A DNA stretch of 64,000 bases from an uncultured Armatimonadetes bacterium. Lineage in GTDB: Bacteria; Armatimonadota; UBA5829; DTJY01. Where the stretch lies: positions 4,800,001 through 4,864,000 of the forward strand of contig OY970325.1 in assembly GCA_963717145.1 (NCBI GenBank), given 5' to 3'. Positions within the stretch are counted from its first letter, which is position 1. The number at the start of each line of letters is the position of its first letter. The notes beneath the pieces were generated by a model that ran no database searches, was not told where the DNA came from, and saw only the letters and a list, made by a program, of their open reading frames with translations. The translations under genes were made by a program, and so were the position numbers. This document shows positions 58,041 through 64,000 of this stretch, piece by piece.

Positions 58041-58242
58041 CAATCCGGCGGCCTTGGGGTGCATTTCCGCAGAGTGGGTCAGCCTCTCGTTATGCCACCA
58101 GAGTGGCTACTCGAGGAGAACGGTTGGGTGGTCTGCCAGGCTTCCCAAGCCCCAACCGTCTAGTCTCGAGTAGGTTTCTCTGGAAACCATAACGAGAGAC
58201 GGTCGCCACCACTCGACCCGAATGCACCCGCAGCCTTGCAGT

Positions 58243-59106
58243 CTATTCCGCAGCCGGATGCAGAGTGAGAACCGTCATTTCCGGCCGGCAGCGAAAACGC
58301 ACGGGGACAAGGGTCGTCCCTGTGCCGACCCCGCGGTTGATGTACACCGGCATGCCATTGACCTCGTGCAGGCCCGATACCACCTTCCGACCGAGGTCCG
58401 AACTCGACAACAGCGCCCCTATGCCCGGCAGGACGATCAGCCCGCCGTGCGTGTGGCCCGAAAGCACCAGGTCGGCAAGTCGGCCATCCATCCGGAGCGC
58501 CGAATCGGGGTTGTGGGCGAGGACGATGCATGCGTCATCCTCCTCTATGTCCTCGAATGCCTTCGCGAAGTCGGGATCGCCCTCCCAGAGGTCGTCCGTG
58601 CCGACGATCCGGATGCGCCCCGCACCGATCTTCACATCCCGTGACTCGTCGAACAGGACGTCGATGCCGTTGTCGAGCAGGGCCTTCGTGATCGCGTCTT
58701 CGTCCTCCCAGTAGTCGTGGTTGCCCAGGATCGCGTAGACGCCGTGTTTGGCCTTCAATCCGCTGAGCGCCTTGCCGATCCCGGGGATATCCTTCGTCAG
58801 CCTGGTGAGGAAATCGCCCGTGAGGACCACCGCATCCGGCTTCTGTGCGTTCGCAAGCGCGACGAACCCTCGGACCTGCTCGTTCTTCACCCACGCCCCA
58901 ACGTGGATGTCGCTGATCTGCACGATTCGGAAGCCGTCGAACTCCCGAGGGAGGTCAGTGATCGTGATCTGCCGCTGGGTGACCTCGATCATCCTGGGCT
59001 CGATCAACATGGCGTATATCATCAACGCCAGGATCGGTATGCCGATCAGGAGGGCGGCCAGTCTGAATCGCCGGGTGCGGCGCATGAGGTTTCGCAGAGC
59101 GTTCAT
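58243..59106 (-). CDS. Membrane-anchored metallophosphoesterase (YkuE/YaeI-like)
   Basis: SDIH, TGDF, GNHD, HNPD, SGHTHGG. Confidence 0.92.
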   Translation of the reverse strand: MNALRNLMRRTRRFRLAALLIGIPILALMIYAMLIEPRMIEVTQRQITITDLPREFDGFRIVQISDIHVGAWVKNEQVRGFVALANAQKPDAVVLTGDFLTRLTKDIPGIGKALSGLKAKHGVYAILGNHDYWEDEDAITKALLDNGIDVLFDESRDVKIGAGRIRIVGTDDLWEGDPDFAKAFEDIEEDDACIVLAHNPDSALRMDGRLADLVLSGHTHGGLIVLPGIGALLSSSDLGRKVVSGLHEVNGMPVYINRGVGTGTTLVPVRFRCRPEMTVLTLHPAAE

Positions 59107-59149
59107 ACTCTGCTCTACGGAGAAGCAAGCGGTGTGGTTCCGGACACAA

Positions 59150-59216
59150 GTAGGGGCGAAGCATTGGCCAGTCGGATTCGAACTAGTTTCCGGACCTCAT
59201 CGCCAATGCTTCGCCC
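59150..59216. repeat. GTAG-type REP family C, copy 2
   Basis: Same arms as 55026-55092 with a different loop of similar length. Confidence 0.85.
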
Positions 59217-59252
59217 ACTCACATCATACCGTGAAGCCCGGGCGGGAAGCGC

Positions 59253-59283
59253 GTTGGGGCGGGAGTTCAACTCCCGCCCCAAC
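59253..59283. repeat. Solo GTTG-footed hairpin with a GGAGT-nnn-ACTCC core
   Basis: gttggggcgggagttcaactcccgccccaac. Confidence 0.8.
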
Positions 59284-59310
59284 CCCGAACCTTGAACCTC
59301 TGAGTCGCCG

Positions 59311-59841
59311 CTACGGTCGCGTGGATGCGGGCGGTTTTGTCGTGCCACCCACCTGCTGCTCGGTGATGACTCGACCATCCTTTGTCAGTTTGATCGGAGT
59401 CGGCGGCTGTCCCGGTACCATGGCATGGTGACGGCATACCACCACGACTGTATCACCCGGAGCCGTCGGCGCGGGCCGAGTGTACTCATAGGCGCACACT
59501 GCGGCTGTCTGACCGCTCGACGGGCACTGGAGCATCCCCTGGTTCGCTGCATACTTGGGATACAGATCCGCCAGCATAGCCGGGTACTTCCCATTGTTAT
59601 CCGCCGCATACTTGTTGAGGGCCTTGCCGATCTGATCGAGATTCTGGCTGCATCCGGCAATGAGTTGACCCTGCTGCATTGCCCTCTGGAATATCGGGTT
59701 CTTCTTGACGAAAACTACGCCCCAGACGGTCAGACCGATCAGGATCACGATGATGACGCCGCATCCGATCCCTCCGATCTTGAGGCATGAGCTTGTCCCG
59801 CTCTTCTGCGGAGGCTCGCCTGGATACTGATTGGTGGACAT
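59311..59841 (-). CDS. Membrane-anchored protein with a pseudopilin/DUF1559-like soluble domain
   Basis: TM helix, then CSQNLDQIGKALNKYAADNNGKYP...LQCPS. Confidence 0.65.
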   Translation of the reverse strand: MSTNQYPGEPPQKSGTSSCLKIGGIGCGVIIVILIGLTVWGVVFVKKNPIFQRAMQQGQLIAGCSQNLDQIGKALNKYAADNNGKYPAMLADLYPKYAANQGMLQCPSSGQTAAVCAYEYTRPAPTAPGDTVVVVCRHHAMVPGQPPTPIKLTKDGRVITEQQVGGTTKPPASTRP

Positions 59842-59944
59842 ATGCTTCAACCCTCCTGGATTTGGGTGACGAACGCACACATAATAGCCTAGGATATGCT
59901 ATCCGTCAACCATATAGACGCGCGGGGAGCACCAAAGTTGCGCA

Positions 59945-61444
59945 GTAAGAGTTCACGATCATTGATAATCTGAGGAAGGTACCCCAGGATCGGCTGTCGA
60001 ATGGTAGGTTGTGAACGATCTCGGCAACCTATCAAGAGAAGAACTGATCGGCATCGTCTTGGAGCAGCACCAGGCGATCCGAGAGCAGCATCAGGCCGTC
60101 CTGGAGTTGCGTGAAGGTGTAGACACCCTGACCGAACGCGTCCGAGCGCTTGAGAAGGAGAATGAAGAACTCCGGTCCAAGCTCGGTGGCGGCGGCAGGA
60201 CGATACCTGCCTTTGTGAAGGCAAACCGGCCCGAGCGCAAGAAGAAGGATCGCAAGAAGCGGCAGAAGTCGTTTGCCCGCTTGAGGGAGACCCCCACGGA
60301 GATCGTGGAGCACGCGCTCGACACCTGTCCCGACTGCGGCAGGAAGCTCTCCGGCGGCACGATGCATCACAGCCGGCAGGTGATCGAGATACCGGTGATG
60401 CCGGTCAGGATCATCGAGCACCTGGTGATCGGACGGTACTGCGGAGTCTGCCACAAGATACACGTGCCGAAGCTCGACCTCTCCGAAGAGGTGGTCGGGA
60501 CACACCGGGTGGGCATCCGGCTGATGAGCCTGGTGAGCTATCTCCACACGGTCGGTAGAATGCCGGTCGAGCGTGTGCAGAAGCTTCTGGAATCACTCTA
60601 CGGTCTGCATCTCGGGCGCGGAGAGATCACAAAGATACTACATACGGTAGCATCCATGGGGAAGTCGGAGGTAGAGAAGCTTCTTCATGCGGTGCGGGGA
60701 AGCCCTGCGGTGAACGCGGATGAGACCGGCTGGCGGGAAGACGGGAGGAACGGATACATCTGGAGCTTCTCGACGCCACGCGTGCGCTACTTCATCCGAG
60801 ACAAGAGTCGGAGCGGAGAGGTCGCAAAGGATGTGCTGGGAGAGGACTACGGCGGTGTAGTCGTAAGCGACTTCTACTGCGGTTACAACGTGCTCTTGGG
60901 GCGGCATCAGCGGTGCTGGGTGCACTACCTGCGGGACTTGCGAACGCTCGTCGAGGCGAACCCTGACAAGAGAGGGGTAGCAGTCTGGGTCGGCAAGGTC
61001 AAGGCCGTTTACAGACGCGCGAAGAGATATTCGAACGAGGAGTCGAAGGCTCGGCACGAGCAGCGGATCGCATTCGAGGAAGAGTTGTATCGGCTCGCCA
61101 GGCCATACCTGAAGCGGGATGTTCCCCAGCGGATACTGGCTCAGCGGATCGAGAGGTTCCTGCCGGAGCTGTTTGTCTTCGTAGAATGTCCGGAAGTACC
61201 AAGCGAGAACAACGCGGCCGAGCGAGCGATCCGGCCTGCGGTAACGGCTCGCAAGATCAGCGGCGGCACACGGTCGGCCAAGGGATCTGAGACCCGCATG
61301 GCGCTGATGAGTCTATTCGGGACCTGGCACTTGCGTGGTGAAGATGCGATGGAGTCATGCCGGCGGATGCTCATGGGCGTTCCTCAGACACCCGCGACCG
61401 ATCCAGCCTGACAAACTTCACTATCAACGATCGTGAACTCTTTC
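59945..61444 (+). mobile_element. Complete IS66-family element (single-ORF, ISBst12-like), 1500 bp
   Basis: Terminal inverted repeats gtaagagttcacgatcattgata / gaaagagttcacgatcgttgata (21/23); 8-bp direct repeat GTTGCGCA at 59937-59944 and 61445-61452. Confidence 0.93.
60011..61411 (+). CDS. tnpC: IS66 DDE transposase
   Basis: Coiled coil, CPDCG zinc finger, ADETGW, VSDFY, QRCWVH, NNAAERAIRP. Confidence 0.95.
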   Translation: MNDLGNLSREELIGIVLEQHQAIREQHQAVLELREGVDTLTERVRALEKENEELRSKLGGGGRTIPAFVKANRPERKKKDRKKRQKSFARLRETPTEIVEHALDTCPDCGRKLSGGTMHHSRQVIEIPVMPVRIIEHLVIGRYCGVCHKIHVPKLDLSEEVVGTHRVGIRLMSLVSYLHTVGRMPVERVQKLLESLYGLHLGRGEITKILHTVASMGKSEVEKLLHAVRGSPAVNADETGWREDGRNGYIWSFSTPRVRYFIRDKSRSGEVAKDVLGEDYGGVVVSDFYCGYNVLLGRHQRCWVHYLRDLRTLVEANPDKRGVAVWVGKVKAVYRRAKRYSNEESKARHEQRIAFEEELYRLARPYLKRDVPQRILAQRIERFLPELFVFVECPEVPSENNAAERAIRPAVTARKISGGTRSAKGSETRMALMSLFGTWHLRGEDAMESCRRMLMGVPQTPATDPA

Positions 61445-61459
61445 GTTGCGCAGGCTAAG

Positions 61460-61488
61460 TTGACTTTGGCCCCTCACAAACGTATACT
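61460..61488 (+). promoter_or_regulatory. Promoter positioned for a leaderless ispE mRNA
   Basis: TTGACT-17 nt-TATACT, 6 nt before the GTG at 61495; no SD. Confidence 0.7.
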
Positions 61489-61494
61489 ATACGA

Positions 61495-62466
61495 GTGATT
61501 TCCGTCCGAAAAAACGCCATCGTGCGCTCCTTTGCCAAGGTCAACCTGACTCTCGACATCCTGGGAACCCGGTCCGATGGATACCACGACCTCGAGAGCG
61601 TGATGCAGACCATCAGCCTGCACGACACCGTCCGCCTGAGTGTCGGAGAGGGCGACGGAATCCGGCTCGTGTGTGACATGCCGGGTATCCCGACGGACGA
61701 GCGCAATCTGGCGCACCGTGCCGCTTCTCTCCTTTTTGCGGCCACGGGGATCGCGCCCGGCCTCGACATCCGCATCGAGAAGCGGATTCCCGTCGAGGCG
61801 GGACTCGGTGGAGGGAGCAGCAACGCCGCCGCCGTGCTCATAGGCCTGGATCGTCTGCTGGGGCTAGCGACGCCCGTGGACGAGATGTGTGACCTGGCGG
61901 CGCAGATCGGTTCTGATGTGCCGTTCTTCCTGATCGGGGGAACGGCCTTTGTTTCGGGTCGAGGAGAGCGCGTTCGTCCGCTGCCGGACATCCCGCCGAT
62001 GTGGATGGTCATCGTGAAGCCGCCGTTCGGAGTCTCGACAGCCTGGTCGTACCGCCGGCTGGACGAAATACGGGCTACAAATGACCAGTCAACAGTGAAC
62101 AGTGAACGGAAGACGGCTTCACAGCGTATGGTAGAATGTATGCAGTCCGGCAAGCCGCAGTCTGCAGTCTGCGGTTCTCTATCCAACGATTTGGAGTTGC
62201 CGGCCATCGAGCAGCATCCCGAGATCGCCGAGATCAAGACAGCGTTGATCGGCTTCGGCGCGCAGGCGGCGCTCATGTGTGGGAGCGGCTCGGCGGTGTG
62301 CGGGCTCTTTGAAACCGAGGAACAGGCCGTGCTTTGTGGGAGGCGACTCCAGTCAGCGATGGCTTCTCCGGATCGCCGACCGGAGTCGCCTCCCACAAAG
62401 CACGGCGCGAACCAGGTCTTCGTCACGCGGACTATTACTCGCGGGGAGGCGCTCAGCATTGAATAG
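61495..62466 (+). CDS. ispE: 4-diphosphocytidyl-2-C-methyl-D-erythritol kinase
   Basis: AKVNLTL, DGYHDL, KRIPVEAGLGGGSSNAA, GSDVPFF, NDLE, MCGSGS. Confidence 0.95.
   Translation: MISVRKNAIVRSFAKVNLTLDILGTRSDGYHDLESVMQTISLHDTVRLSVGEGDGIRLVCDMPGIPTDERNLAHRAASLLFAATGIAPGLDIRIEKRIPVEAGLGGGSSNAAAVLIGLDRLLGLATPVDEMCDLAAQIGSDVPFFLIGGTAFVSGRGERVRPLPDIPPMWMVIVKPPFGVSTAWSYRRLDEIRATNDQSTVNSERKTASQRMVECMQSGKPQSAVCGSLSNDLELPAIEQHPEIAEIKTALIGFGAQAALMCGSGSAVCGLFETEEQAVLCGRRLQSAMASPDRRPESPPTKHGANQVFVTRTITRGEALSIE
62326..62406. repeat. GTGG-type REP doublet in frame within ispE (81 nt)
   Basis: gccgtgctttgtgggaggcgactcc...ggagtcgcctcccacaaagcacggc. Confidence 0.9.
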
Positions 62467-63241
62467 CACGGACACCAGACTGCCGGCGATAGTTCTCGCG
62501 GGAGCGCCTGCTGATCCCGAGATGGCGGAGAAGTACTCCATCAAGAACCGGGCTGAGCTGCCGATCGCCGGGAAGACGATGATCCAGCATGTCGTTGACG
62601 CCCTTGGCGCTTCCCCGCAAGTTAGGGATATATACATTATTGGGAATATTGACTGCATGGGCGACGTGAAGCACGTCGAGCCGCGTGATACTCTGATAGA
62701 CAACCTGATCGCGGGTACGGAAGCCTGCTCCGACGCTGATCGCATCCTGGTCTGCACGTCGGACATCCCGGCGGTGACTGCTGGCGTGATCGACGATTTC
62801 ATCGGCCGGTGTACGGACCCTGATGTGGATTTCTTCTACCCGGTCGTGACCAGGGAGGACAGCGAGCGGCGGTTCCCCGGTGTGAAGCGGACCTACGCGA
62901 AGATGGCCGAGGGAACGTTCACCGGCGGGAACATCATGCTCTTCCGGCGGCGGTTCATGCTGGAGAACGGCGACACGATCCGCGAGGTCATACGGCAGCG
63001 GAAGAGTGTAACGAAGCTTGCGGGCCTGCTCGGCATTGGAGTGCTTGTGCGGATGGTCGTGGCCCAGACGATCTGGTCGGGTGCGATCCGCCTTTGTGAC
63101 CTCGAGCGGGTCGCCGGCCGCGTCATGAAGGGCCGGGTCAAGGCAGTGCCGACTCCATGCGCCGAGATCGCAGCGGATGTCGACCGGATGGACCACGTAG
63201 CTGATATGGAGCGATGCATGAAGCTCGATCTCAACATGTAG
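62459..63241 (+). CDS. MobA-like NTP transferase domain protein
   Basis: AIVLAG, LPIAGKTMIQHVVDAL, CTSDIP, FTGGN, ADVD; TTG start overlaps the ispE end. Confidence 0.8.
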   Translation: MNSTDTRLPAIVLAGAPADPEMAEKYSIKNRAELPIAGKTMIQHVVDALGASPQVRDIYIIGNIDCMGDVKHVEPRDTLIDNLIAGTEACSDADRILVCTSDIPAVTAGVIDDFIGRCTDPDVDFFYPVVTREDSERRFPGVKRTYAKMAEGTFTGGNIMLFRRRFMLENGDTIREVIRQRKSVTKLAGLLGIGVLVRMVVAQTIWSGAIRLCDLERVAGRVMKGRVKAVPTPCAEIAADVDRMDHVADMERCMKLDLNM

Positions 63242-63305
63242 TGGCCGTGCCTCCGTGCCGGCCAGCGATGCAGCAAGGCCGGCACGGAGGCACGGCCACT
63301 ACATG
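63235..63305. repeat. GTAG-type REP family D, copy 2
   Basis: Arms identical to 55489-55553, different 13-nt loop; its GTAG supplies the upstream gene's TAG stop. Confidence 0.92.
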
Positions 63306-63320
63306 CGGCAACATAAGCTG

Positions 63321-64000
63321 ATGAAGACATTGATCGAAAAGATTCATAGCCCGTCGGACCTCAAGGGGCTCACGGGCGAGCAACTCAGAAAGCTGGCCGA
63401 GGAGATTCGCGACACCATCGTGCAGACCGTCTCCAAGACCGGAGGCCACTTGGCGTCGAGCCTCGGGGCGGTCGATCTCACCATCGCCCTGCATGCGGTC
63501 TACGACTCACCGAAGGACAAGATTATCTGGGACGTCGGTCATCAGTCCTACGCCCACAAGATGCTGACCGGCAGATACGATTGCTTCGGTACCCTGCGCC
63601 AGTACGACGGCATCTGCGGCTTTCCACGTCGCGACGAGAGCTGTCACGACGCATTCGGCACCGGCCATTCGAGCACGTCGATCTCGGCAGCGCTCGGGTT
63701 CGCAAAGGCGCGTGACATCAGGGGCACGGATGAGGAGATCGTGGCGGTGATCGGTGACGGCGCGCTTACCGGCGGGCAGGCCCTGGAGGCGATGAACAAT
63801 GCCGGGCAGCTCGGCTCGAAGCTGGTCGTCATCCTCAACGACAACGAGATGTCGATCTCGCCGAATGTCGGGGCGCTGGCGATGCACCTCAGCAAGCTCC
63901 GTGCGCTTCCCTTGTACCGCAGAGTCGAGGACCGCGCGAAAAGTGTCGTCGAGAACCTGCCCGTCGGTGGAAAGACGCTCTCCCGAACGGCTGAGGGCAT
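63321..64000 (+). CDS. dxs: 1-deoxy-D-xylulose-5-phosphate synthase, 3' partial
   Basis: Manual translation: MKTLIEKIHSPSDLK...GGHLASSLG...IIWDVGHQSYAHK...GHSSTS...GDGALTGG...LNDNEMSI. Absent from the ORF track because the stop is outside the window. Confidence 0.96.
   Translation, partial: MKTLIEKIHSPSDLKGLTGEQLRKLAEEIRDTIVQTVSKTGGHLASSLGAVDLTIALHAVYDSPKDKIIWDVGHQSYAHKMLTGRYDCFGTLRQYDGICGFPRRDESCHDAFGTGHSSTSISAALGFAKARDIRGTDEEIVAVIGDGALTGGQALEAMNNAGQLGSKLVVILNDNEMSISPNVGALAMHLSKLRALPLYRRVEDRAKSVVENLPVGGKTLSRTAEG

Overview
GC-rich bacterial chromosomal window; the gene content suggests an Armatimonadota-like glycan degrader, which is inference only. From left to right: (1) a surface-glycan locus (AlkP-family enzyme, radical SAM, GT4 x2, GT2, GtrA, UbiA-type phosphoribosyltransferase, DUF362); (2) sugar-catabolism genes; (3) a ~13 kb putative defence island (14-27 kb) with a DUF4365 nuclease-TPR gene, an orphan gene between direct repeats, an FN3-like gene, and three tandem TIR-NB-ARC-TPR (NLR-like) paralogues under a consensus sigma70 promoter, with 21-bp-period arrays at both ends; (4) a sialic-acid-type operon (Kelch-SSS fusion, TIM-barrel plus Tm-1-like pair, GH33, MFS); (5) hicBA, a sulfatase, three tandem BNR proteins, typA, GH5, a DUF3494 surface protein, DUF2961, aldo/keto reductases and purA; (6) a complete single-ORF IS66 with an 8-bp target duplication, then ispE, an NTP transferase and the start of dxs. 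The window holds many REP/REPIN-like hairpin families and 6-8-mer short tandem repeats. Three palindromes sit in frame inside protein genes (a sulfatase, the Kelch-SSS fusion and ispE). Five single-base frameshifts at short base runs are probably sequencing errors. No rRNA, tRNA or CRISPR array was seen.
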